Made by a program: the position numbers and the translations under genes. Positions 1 through 12,200 of a stretch of 64,000 bases of DNA are shown piece by piece. The stretch covers positions 13,553,712 through 13,617,711 of the forward strand of contig CAJINV010000001.1 in NCBI GenBank assembly GCA_905178155.1, read 5' to 3'. The DNA comes from Amoebophrya sp. A120. Its lineage: Eukaryota; Protista; Dinoflagellata. The stretch's first letter is position 1; each line of letters begins with the position of its first letter. A model generated the notes under the pieces. The model worked only from the letters and a program-made list of their open reading frames with translations. It was not told the origin of the DNA and searched no databases.

Positions 1-415
1 GTTGCTGAAACTCATCGCAGCGAAGGATCAGCAGGGTGGGTGGGCGAAGCCACCCGCGTTTGGGCTCATAACTCCAAAAGCCACAGAACACAAGGTAGGT
101 GGGGATCGCGACGACGTCGCGATCAGCATCTTCTTCTTTTTCTCATTTCCTTACTCCTGTTCCAAAGATTCTGCACACGGAAATCACAAATGTCGTCTTC
201 GCATTGCAAACAGCATGAGAGCCTCCCACAGAGGGCCCAAACACCCTCGACACCCACGAAAGCATTGCAACACAAGCGACCAAAACAGGCCAAAACCCTC
301 AAAAAGCCTCTGAATCCTCTCAACACCTCCAGAGCTCTCCAACCACTGCAACGCCAGCGACCAGTGTGGTCCGAATGCGATCGAACAGCCGCGCAGCACC
401 ACCAGAATACTCGGA
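1..415. repeat. Direct repeat copy A (LTR-like or tandem-unit overlap), truncated by the window edge
   Basis: 1..415 matches 3421..3835 with one substitution seen (ctgcacacgg vs ctgctcacgg). Similarity stops after 'aatactcgga'. Confidence 0.95.
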
Positions 416-1020
416 CTCCCCCTCGAATTTTGCAAAACGCGCTGTCGTTTTCGGAATTCGACCAATAGCTGCCCGCGGATGTGAGAAACTCCGTGTTGAG
501 CCCGCTGATTCCACCAACTCCTCCGCACTGTCCCGGGAATGATCAGGCCCCGCAGCGCAGCGCAGACTGAAGTCCTTTCTGCAAATCTTCGCTTCACCGC
601 TCTGGTGACAAAAACCGCCCTTCTGTACGGATGCACGCCGCACTGCTTTCTTCGTTTTGTGAAACCATCAGACTGCGGATGCACGCCGCGACGCCTTCTT
701 GTAGAAACTTGTACTGCGGATTCGCGCCGCCAAGAAAGAAACCGTCACTGTCCACTCGTGCCCGTTAGTTCCAAAATCGTCAAAAATGCGGATGAGACTG
801 CTTCGCAGAGGAAGTTGAAGTTGTTCCGACTGAAACCGTAGATCGTTGTAGAAGATGTCATGTCGCAAACCGAAATAAAGCCCGACTGTTTTGTAGTGCT
901 GCCGGTAAAGAAAGGCAGAAAGTCCGGAAATTAAATTTGTAATGCTGTTTCTCACGTTTGTATTGCTGAAGTTGAAGATGAAGATTGTCGATTTTTCTTT
1001 TCCCGAATACCCTGCCACGG

Positions 1021-3435
1021 CTAGTACGGATATGCCTCCGCATCTGCAGCCGCCTGCGCATCCTCGTACGCCCGCAGAGATCCGTTGGTGGAGACGCAAC
1101 TTTTCTCACTCCCGTCCGAAGTAGTGCTTCTCGCACTGGAGCAGCCCTGCCCGAACACTGCGTTGCAACTCGCACCAGAGGCGTGCTTTGCTGCGCCCTG
1201 GTTCAGCAACGCCTCGACCCGCTGCCGCAGCATCGGATCCTGCAGTGGCCGACCGCCAACGAAGATCGTAGCGCCCGTCTTTTCCGTGGGGGTTGGAACA
1301 GCACCAAAACCACCAAAAAAATGAAATCCCGGCTGCTGGTTGTTCGGCATCTGTCTGCACATGCTCGGATGGATCAGATTGTTTGTCGGGGGCAACTGCG
1401 GCGCATTCTCCGGTCCTTGCTGGTTTCCCGGGATCTGCGTCAGACTGTTGTAACCCGCAGGCCCGCCCGGAATGCCCTGGACTGCGTGGTTCTGCTGGCC
1501 CCACTGTCGCTGCAGGGAGGGAGGAACACTCGGCCCCTGCCGGAGCAAGTTGCTGTAGTCCTGCTGCGCGTTCCGCTGCGCAACAGGCACAATTCCCGGA
1601 CCCGCGGCCACGGAAGCGCTCACCGCACAAAAATTGCTTTGCTGCTGTCCGCACTGCAACGTCGGCCCCGTCGGCATCTGCATGAATGCTTGCTGGTGAT
1701 TCGCTCCCCCGGTCCCGAAGCTCTGCATACTCGGCTCGCCCGGTACCGGAAAGCTGTTGATCGTCTGCTGCTCCCCCGGAGCGTAGTTGTACTGCCGCTG
1801 ATGCTGATGATGCTGCTGTTGCGGTTGCTGACCTGTCGCAGCCCGCGCACGCTCATCACACCGCTTACAAGTTTTCCGCGACTTGTAGTTGTGGTAGTTG
1901 CAGGTGGGGCACTTCCAGTCCCCTTTCGCGTTTCCGCCCGTGTTTGGCGCTCCCCCTTGCGGCCCGCCGGTGTTCGCGCCCGGTCCGCCGCTCAGCTCTA
2001 TCACCCGCTTGCGCAGTTCGGCCTTCTCGTAGCAAATCGTCAGTCCCCGCTCCGCAATTGCTTTCTTCGCCTCCTCCGATTCGCCGAAATTGTGCTTGGG
2101 CCCGTGGTAGCAACCGTCCGTGTTGTAGTGCGACTTTCCGCACCAGCCGCAGTGTGGCGTCATCTCCTGACGCCGTCCCGCCTCCTGCGTGTTCCGGTCG
2201 TTTCCCTGCTGCGCGCCGGCGTAGGCGTAAACGTCATCCCGTGGCCCCACTTCCAGGAACTTGTTGAATTTGTCCACCATCTCGTCCTGTTCCTTGACGC
2301 TTTTCGGCTCCTCCAGCATCTTTGTCGCGTAGGAGTCCAAGGTGTCCAAATACATCCCGAAAGATGTGTCGTCGCCCGTGTGGTGCGAAAGCCACCCCCG
2401 CGCCTGCGGCCCGGCCCAGTTTCCCACCATGCGGAAGAAACGATGGGTCTCCCCGGCGGAGTTCTTGGAGTCCTCCAGCGACCAGAGGATTGCGCCGCGC
2501 TTCGTCGCCGAGCGCACCAAGTTCCGCACCTTCTCTGTGACGTAGTGCACCGCCGCCGGGTTCTCGATCCAGCGGCCGCCAACCTTCTCCAGCAAACCCT
2601 CGCAAAGGTAGTCAAGGTCTGCTGCGCCCCGTGCCACGTTGATGTTAAACTTTTTGTTGATGCGGGCAAGCAGCGTGTCGATGCAGGCCTGGGCCTCCGC
2701 GCTAGTCGCGGAGGGCATCTCCTCATCGATCCCCGCCCACATCTCTTGCCCCAATCCGCACAAAATGCCGGAAAGCTGCGCCCAGAAGGTCTTGGCCCGC
2801 GTAACGCCCTTGCGCCCCATCAGTTTCTCGATGGCGCGCCACTCGCTTGTAACCGCTGACCGCTTGGACAGCGAAAACTTGACCCCCGTGCTGACGCCCG
2901 CGTGGATCTTCTCCACCTCCGGCGAGGCTGGTGCCTGCGCCGTCACTCCGGTCATTGCGATTGGCTGCTGCTGCGGCGACATAGACTGGAAGCTGTACTG
3001 CCCACTGTTTCCCGGTACCGCCGTCCCCACCAGCGCCTGCTCGCCGACACCGGGTGGCGGGTACGCAAACGAAGGTCCCGCGGTTGCCCCGTGCGGCGCC
3101 GTAGTAGCACTACCAGCGGCCGCGCCGCCTGCTACTCGTCGCTGAAGCTCCGCATTCTCCGCTCGTAGCTGGTTATTAGCCCCCTCCAGCGCGGCCAAAC
3201 GCGCCTCGATGCCTCCCACCGCGTTCTCCGTCGCCACCTGCGTGTGGTGAATTCCCGAAGCCACGGATCGGAAACCCCGGCCCGCCGCGTCGCGCATGTT
3301 CAGCGCCTCCGAACGCAGAAGGTACTCCCCCGCAGCCTGGTCCGCCATCGTGCTCCGCTGTGGCGACCAGCTTACTGCACGCTGCTCCGCCGCCGGGCTC
3401 TCCAGCAGCTCGTCGCCGTAGTTGCTGAAACTCAT
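1021..3435 (-). CDS. Gag-like protein (804 aa): N-terminal coiled coil, CCHC-like knuckle, RanBP2-type zinc finger, Q/G/P-rich tail
   Basis: Intronless 2.4-kb ORF with IEARLAALEGANNQLRAENAELQRRV (coiled coil), CGWCGKSHYNTDGC (knuckle variant) and GDWKCPTCNYHNYKSRKTCKRC (RanBP2 pattern W-x-C-x2-C-x3-N-x6-C-x2-C). Confidence 0.7.
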   Translation of the reverse strand: MSFSNYGDELLESPAAEQRAVSWSPQRSTMADQAAGEYLLRSEALNMRDAAGRGFRSVASGIHHTQVATENAVGGIEARLAALEGANNQLRAENAELQRRVAGGAAAGSATTAPHGATAGPSFAYPPPGVGEQALVGTAVPGNSGQYSFQSMSPQQQPIAMTGVTAQAPASPEVEKIHAGVSTGVKFSLSKRSAVTSEWRAIEKLMGRKGVTRAKTFWAQLSGILCGLGQEMWAGIDEEMPSATSAEAQACIDTLLARINKKFNINVARGAADLDYLCEGLLEKVGGRWIENPAAVHYVTEKVRNLVRSATKRGAILWSLEDSKNSAGETHRFFRMVGNWAGPQARGWLSHHTGDDTSFGMYLDTLDSYATKMLEEPKSVKEQDEMVDKFNKFLEVGPRDDVYAYAGAQQGNDRNTQEAGRRQEMTPHCGWCGKSHYNTDGCYHGPKHNFGESEEAKKAIAERGLTICYEKAELRKRVIELSGGPGANTGGPQGGAPNTGGNAKGDWKCPTCNYHNYKSRKTCKRCDERARAATGQQPQQQHHQHQRQYNYAPGEQQTINSFPVPGEPSMQSFGTGGANHQQAFMQMPTGPTLQCGQQQSNFCAVSASVAAGPGIVPVAQRNAQQDYSNLLRQGPSVPPSLQRQWGQQNHAVQGIPGGPAGYNSLTQIPGNQQGPENAPQLPPTNNLIHPSMCRQMPNNQQPGFHFFGGFGAVPTPTEKTGATIFVGGRPLQDPMLRQRVEALLNQGAAKHASGASCNAVFGQGCSSARSTTSDGSEKSCVSTNGSLRAYEDAQAAADAEAYPY

Positions 3436-3835
3436 CGCAGCGAAGGATCAGCAGGGTGGGTGGGCGAAGCCACCCGCGTTTGGGCTCATAACTCCAAAAG
3501 CCACAGAACACAAGGTAGGTGGGGATCGCGACGACGTCGCGATCAGCATCTTCTTCTTTTTCTCATTTCCTTACTCCTGTTCCAAAGATTCTGCTCACGG
3601 AAATCACAAATGTCGTCTTCGCATTGCAAACAGCATGAGAGCCTCCCACAGAGGGCCCAAACACCCTCGACACCCACGAAAGCATTGCAACACAAGCGAC
3701 CAAAACAGGCCAAAACCCTCAAAAAGCCTCTGAATCCTCTCAACACCTCCAGAGCTCTCCAACCACTGCAACGCCAGCGACCAGTGTGGTCCGAATGCGA
3801 TCGAACAGCCGCGCAGCACCACCAGAATACTCGGA
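3421..3835. repeat. Direct repeat copy B
   Basis: Copy of 1..415. Contains the hairpin gggtgg-gcgaagc-caccc and the palindrome gatcgcgacg-a-cgtcgcgatc (3524..3544). Confidence 0.95.
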
Positions 3836-6141
3836 TAGAACTCCGCGCACTGCTATGAAACCTGTCTAATTTGTAAAATTTCCAAGATCTGAAAATTTTC
3901 AATTTTTTGAGATGTTTAAAAAACTTGCAGAATTACGCATATACCAACGAAAACCTGTACACGGACTCACACGATGCTGATTGGGACTCAGTCCAAACGT
4001 CTTACATTGGAAAAGCTTTCCACTTCGCAGACTTTTTAACTTTTTAAATTTTTCTCGATTTTTTTCAATCTTAAAAAATTTACATAAATCCCCCTACTTG
4101 CATGCTACACACCGTCGGAAAAGAAGAATATAAAGAAAGAGCTTTAGCGTGCAGGTGCGTCAATTTTCTCCGCTTCTATAAACAAAATTGCACTCCACAA
4201 AAAAATAAGTTTTTTTCCCATTTTTTCTTGCTGGTAAAATATATGCTAAATGGGTCAAGTTTTAGCATTGTTCTCACTGATAATTATACAAAAAGCCCAC
4301 TGTGCCTATATTAGACAGATTCTGTATTGTTTTTTATTCATATTTGTGGCATACAAAAAATTGGAAAATGAGAAAATTTTGAAATTTCCAAAAACTCTTG
4401 AAATTTCTCTATTTTTTATGTCTGTGTAAGAATACGGCGCAAAGGTGTGGGCTTAACTGCAGACGTTGCGCGATGTTATTTGGTAAAAGTACTTTTGTTA
4501 CAGAAAATATGACAATTTTTTTGATTATTTATTTTTTTGAAATTTCAGCCAGTCTGTATATATCAGGAAAGTATTAGGCTACTGGTTACGCATCAACTCA
4601 ATGCAGGAATTTGTGTTATATTCTGCATTTTACACCCCTACTCTCCGCGTTTTTCTCGGATTTTTCAAGAGAAGTACAATAGTCCGCGCCCAGCGATTTC
4701 CGGACCCCCCTGGTCCAGGCATGTACAAAGCCACCAAATCCAAGTCGGTGCCCCCCCCCCCCCTTGAAGCTCTTTTCTGCCCCTGCGAGTCGCCTACTTT
4801 ACTGCTGTTAAGGCCCGGCCGCGCGCCCGCCGGGCTGCTTCCGCATCGGCATCCCCCTTCGCCGTCCGCCAATGCAATACGAAGAGGGTCCCTCACCCGT
4901 CCGAACGCACGACCCCCGCGGTCGCCCCCCGTACCTTGTTCCCGATGTTTTTCCGCGGTTCTAGGCGGCCGGGCGGCCGGCACTGGATCGCCGCGAAACT
5001 CCAAGGCGGCTACGCGCGCGGCCTGTACAGGTACCGCTTCCGGAAGGGAAGACGGGAGCCGCGCGGTAGGGGAGCGCGGCATTGCGACCGGGCGGCCTGG
5101 CCCGGTTTCCTATCCGCCCGTGCGAGTATGCATATCGACTTCCCCGACCTGCCGCGGATTTCCGGACGCCCCATTCGGGGCATCGTTGTTCATGAGCCTT
5201 CCGGCACGTGCTTGGAAGCGCAGGGCCCCGCGGAAGGCACCGCATGACGGACCTCTCCCTCCTTGATGTTGAGTCCTATATGCTAGCGGCCAGGGCGCAG
5301 GAGCGTAGTCGCGCCCGCTGCCGCGCTAATGCGAGACTAAATTGGGCAAGCTCGGCGCTTGCGCGCATTGCGGTCTTCCACTTAGCAGGCGGCGCTTTTT
5401 TAGTTGCTCGCATGGGCCGGCGCTTCACCTCGCTGCTTGCCCGTGCGCGCCCCCAGCGCTGGCAGCCAATCTCTGGCGCTGCCTCGCCATCCGCGTAAGC
5501 CTTAGTTACCTCTCGGACAGTCGAAAAAACTGCGCCCCCTTCTTGGCGCGTCAGGAATGGCGCATCGACCTTATTCTGTGTTCAGGTAAACGCGGAGGCA
5601 CGGTCCGCACGGGCGCACCTCGCCCGGATCGATCGGTCTACGAACCGGACGGCGCGCTTGGCAAGAACTGCGCGGCGCTTGAGGCACTGCTGCTGCTCTC
5701 ATTGCGAATTGCAGGAATACGGGTACTTAGAGCAAAACTCAAGAAAAACATGAAGGGCGGCTCGCCGCGGGTGCGTGCAATGTAGGGACCCCGGCGCGCA
5801 CTGTTCTTTGCGCCGCGAGAAAGTACCCCGCAACGAAAGTTGGTGCACCTACACGAGCCGCCTTATCGTCTCTGCTCGCGACCACACGGATTGCTTCTGG
5901 AACTCAGCTGAGGCAACTATCTTCTTCGAGCAAGACCGCGGCTTTCCCGCCCGCTGGCCTCCGCTTCCCGGGAATGGCCCGAGAGCCGAGCTTCGGTCGT
6001 TTCGCGCGTGCGCACGAGCAGCAAAGAACCAGCACGTAGGCAACTGACGCCGCTACTCCCGTCTTTTTGCGTCCGGCGGCCGGAACGGTCACGCGGGAGC
6101 CGGCACGATGTACCGCGCTCCGATGGAGTTGCGAGACCTGG

Positions 6142-6404
6142 TATCAAATGTAAAAATGTCTGGGTCTGGAAGATTTCTAGATTTGTCATGCATATTTTCC
6201 ATGACCCATGATGTCTGTGATGCATGCCGTAGCATTACAGATTTTTAGAGCGCTTCCTCATGCCTATTCCGCATGACAAATGCCATCTCCGCGGAGCACA
6301 AAATCTACTCCTCTTACTGGTCATGCTATACAAATCTTTTTCGAATCCAGAGACAGCATCACAAGTTTAGATTCTTCCAGACCCAGACATTTTTACATTC
6401 GAGA
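6142..6404. mobile_element. Short TIR element / introner (263 bp), family A, TSD CCTGG
   Basis: Left TIR tatcaaatgtaaaaatgtctgggtctggaaga; right end tcttccagacccagacatttttacattcgaga. CCTGG at 6137..6141 and 6405..6409. Reads GT...AG on the minus strand; host gene unclear. Confidence 0.9.
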
Positions 6405-6955
6405 CCTGGTGCAGGTGTACAACGACAAGACGGTACCAGAATGAAAAGTGCGCCACCACCAAAAGACCAAACAGTTTGTATTGCAAACTTGTCACACGGA
6501 AACAATGCGACGCATTTTGTTTCAGAATCTAAGTACTCGTCTTCACCATGACAGACGTCGCTTATACTGTGGCGCTGTGCAACACAGACTCTCGCTACTC
6601 TGGCCTGAAAATTTGCCAGGCTGATGCCTGCAATGTGGTAGGTGTTACATTGGGAGTTTTTGCAGTGCAAACACTTTCACTCCCTGGGGTGCAGGCGCTT
6701 TTCAGTATGATAGAGGAGACTCCAAAACTTTCCGACGCACCAGTATCCGAAGCTCTCTTTGGGTCTTGCTGGTGCGGTTTGCATGCAAATACAAATGTTC
6801 TTCTAAAACAAGCTACGGCTTCGGTTACAGCTTTGCGCAGTGAGTACTAGCATAGCAGAAGATAATATCTTACCTCATACCGTGCGTCAACGTCTTACGC
6901 AATGAGAAGCTACGAAGCTGATGTGCGTCGCTGCGTACTAGAATCCTAGCCAGGC

Positions 6956-8745
<1,790 letters not shown>

Positions 8746-9281
8746 AGTTGTGAAGGAGCACGCGGCGCTGCGATTCACGTCTTTTTTTCAAAGTGATCGA
8801 CTGTCGTCGCACCACTGGGCGGACGCTAATCGAAAATCCAAGTAAGTACACAACATCTTCACAAATATCATATCACAAGGTTAAATCACAATTTGGTTCA
8901 TAGTACAAGAAAATTCGAGAAAGAAAATCTGTATGTCATTTTGCCTGCGAAAGAGAACTCTGATGAATAACAATGGCAAGAAATTTTCCGTTGAGAACAC
9001 TCAGGCGCACAAAACCAACAAGGGTGAAAACGCATCAAAAATCGGGCGTGTTGACCGGAAGAGAGATTTAGCCTCGAGCGAATAGGGCGTGTGACAGAAA
9101 TTTAGCGTTGAGCGCATAGCTTTGGAAACGCTTGACGTTTTTCTCCGGGTGTTGTCGCCGGCCGTGAACGTGTTCCATCAAGGGAAGACAAAAAATTGCA
9201 AGTTTTCAATCACTGCTTTTAGCGTCTTGCGTTGTGATGCGCAAAATAGTGTTGTCAAGTTCTTCATCGGGATACGGATAA

Positions 9282-12200
9282 ATGATGATGGTCATGATGT
9301 CAAAGTTTCTTCTTCTATCATCTTGGTCATTGTCTTCATCTGCCCCAAGAGCCTCTGGACTCGCCGGCCTGCTTGGTGTCGCCGCGGAGGCTACCGCACG
9401 ACCAGAAGACGTCGCAATCGACCATGATGAAACGCCGCCTGATTTTTCCTTCCACGGGCTGCAAAAGAAAGAACAGGAGGACACAAACCACAATACCAGA
9501 CCGGAGGAGGCGCAAGCCACACAACGGCTCCTGGCTACGCGCCTGCTTGGTCCGCACGAACGCAGGACCGTAGAAGAATCTTCGGAGCAGGAGAAACAAC
9601 ACGGGCAGCCCTTCGAAAATGCGGTATCCTTCATCTCGGGGGCTGCTCCCCTCGAAGAGTTTCTTGAGATCGACAGGCGTGGCTACGACAGCAACTACGA
9701 GTACGAGCCGCCGTCCCTGCCTCACGACGGAGCACTAACGCGCGCGACCTCGGCGTCCGGTATCGCACCCGATCGACATGTTGGAGTTGGACGGCCCTCG
9801 GCGTTGCTGGTGGTCGGGCAGGAACAGCCGCCGAAAACTAAGAACGACGTCAAGGACGAGCCTTCAGTGCAGCAGCAGTTGGGCGAACTGGGAGCCGACA
9901 TGGCAACGCTGCGGGCGATGGTGGAAGGGCTAGCAGAGGAAAACAAGGAGCTACGCGCCAACCTCACAAGACAAGGGACGGCCCTGCGCGTGAAGACCGA
10001 ACAGGGGATCCAGGGTGTGCGCGACTTGCTGGCGTTGTCGGAAGTACTAACGCAGTGGATCCTGACCTACCTCCTGGCTCTCGCACGGCTCGAGTACACG
10101 ACAACTGCAGTGTTTCTCCTTGGCGGCTACCTCGCGGTCCTGGTTGGGATCTTTCTACCCACCCGCCTCGTTTTCTTTCCGCTGGAGTACCAGGTATCAA
10201 ATGTAAAAATGTCTGGGTCTGGAAGAATGCAACTTGTGATGCTAACTTTGGACTCTAAAAAAATCTGTATTGCATGACCAGCAAGAGGTGCCCAGTTTGT
10301 GCTACGCGGGGAGGGCATTTGTCATGCGGGATAGGCATCAGGAACGCCTCTAGAAATATGTGATGCTAGGTCATGCATTACAGACATCCTGAGTCATGCA
10401 AAATATGCTGTGACTCTGTATGCAAAATATCCTCCGTAGCCATTTTGGCTCAAGACTTTGTCTTGTTGCCTGAGATCCATCAATGTAGAACAGGGGGAGC
10501 TATGCCGTAGAGTAGGACCATTCTGTTGCTCATCTCCTAAATTGTTTTACTACCACTGACGCCACGTCGGTACCTCCCCCGACTCCCTGCAGTGGAGTTT
10601 CGAAAGGAAAGTAGATAAACGCCCGTACGTGGCGGGTCCTCTGTGCCCCTTTACAGTAGTACTAGCTAGAGCATCGGCGCCCCGAGCGTCCGTGCGCACA
10701 CTGAAAACGTACATGGCCTCTCCTCCGACGACAGCCATCGACTTACCGTCTTGCCCACGCCCAGAAGCACGGTAAAGGACCGCCACGCCGACAATGACTG
10801 CCGGTGGATTGGGCAGGCGCCATGACAAGCATATTAGCATGGACCTCGGTTGTATAAAGCACAACACGAGCGGAAAAGGGCGCTTCGTCACTGTCTTCGA
10901 TGAGAAGGCTGGTCACCACACGCGGCCCCGCACAATCCCCAGCGTGGGTGGAGTCGGACGCTTTCGGGAAGACATCTTCCGCGCAGGGTCCGCGCATCAG
11001 CAGATGCCGGGTGGCGCATCACGGGACGCGAGCGTGCGCTGGAGCCGCGGCCATGTGATGGCGATCTTCTGGGGGGAGCAAAGTAGTATAGAGCTATTTT
11101 TATTGATGTGCTTTTTGGTTTCATCCTCCCGTTAAGTCCTTGCATGTGATGTAGCTTCGTTGTGTCTCCTTCTCTCTTTCAATCATTTGGCCGGTCTGCT
11201 ACTCTGTTGTTGTGTGCACGGGGGCGGAACATGTCCGTCCCCGCCGTTGCCTCAATTGAATCACAGGTGCCCGCTCTTCCTGTGGACCCTGGAAGATGAT
11301 GTTGTCGCTCGACCAAGACTCGCCTGCGCTGTCACCACATCTCTCCCACCCCCAGAATCCAGGGCAGACCTGATAGTCTGTGCGCGTAAAGTCCCTGCTG
11401 TGACTCTAGCGGCACCCCTGATAGAGCGTGTTTGGATTCTGGGCATTGATTTGCGCACAGGACTGGCCCAGCAACGCAGGCCAGGGCGGGACCATAGGAG
11501 CTTCGCGAGGCGGCGCGGGTACTCCTAAATGGCTTACGGTAGTGGAGTCGGCGGGCTGCTGGACGTATCTTGAGTTCCCCGCCCCAGATGCGTATGCGAG
11601 CGCGCGCGGCATTTCCAGCTCCCTCGTTCGAGGTAGTAGCCATGTCTGGGTTCCCCACGAGGACGAGATACGAGTGGAAGCCAGTGCCGACCAACATGAA
11701 CGCGCGGCGACGGATCCCGCAAGCGAGATGATGGGCGTTGCTCACCGCCTTCGGTGTTGGCGACGTGTCTGGATGCTGGATGTCCTATGTCTACCCCTCT
11801 CGTGGCCGTTCTGGTGCGCCTTCTCATGTGAGGTCGTTGACATGGCTTGGTGGGAAATTCCCGTTGCGCGAGGCTCTTGCCTTGCCCTCTGTCTTCGTCC
11901 CCAGTGGCGTTGCGACAGTAGAAGCGTCTGTTGTGGCCGTCGGAGCTTGCTCTGGGTCTTGCGGCTCCTCTTGTCTTCGGTGGAGTACCTGAGTGGCTTC
12001 TGCTGCTGCCTCCGTTGACTTTTGGCTGCTGCTTGACTGGCGGTTGGGAACACTTCAGGCGTCTTTGTGCTGCGCTTCTGCTGCGTGGTCCCCAGTTTTC
12101 CCCGGGTCCGGAACTCTGGGTTACCTTGGTCGAGTTGGTGTCACTGTCGGTTCACCTATGTCCCTGCCTTTCTGTTCTTGCCACTGGGAACAGTCTGCGC

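Larger units (their letters stand above)
1..3835 (-). mobile_element. Gag-only retroelement-like unit (non-autonomous LTR element or head-to-tail tandem unit, 3420-bp period)
   Basis: Bounded by near-identical 415-bp repeats and contains one long gag-like ORF. On the minus strand a purine tract GAGGGGGAG (424..416) abuts the downstream repeat like a polypurine tract. No pol motifs seen. Confidence 0.6.

Noticed and set aside
985-2859. 624-aa + strand ORF
   Set aside because: Antisense shadow of the gag-like ORF; R/L-rich with no motifs.
3421-3560. Hammerhead ribozyme (Penelope-like) in the direct repeat
   Set aside because: Hairpins are present but no CUGAUGA/GAAA core is seen on either strand.
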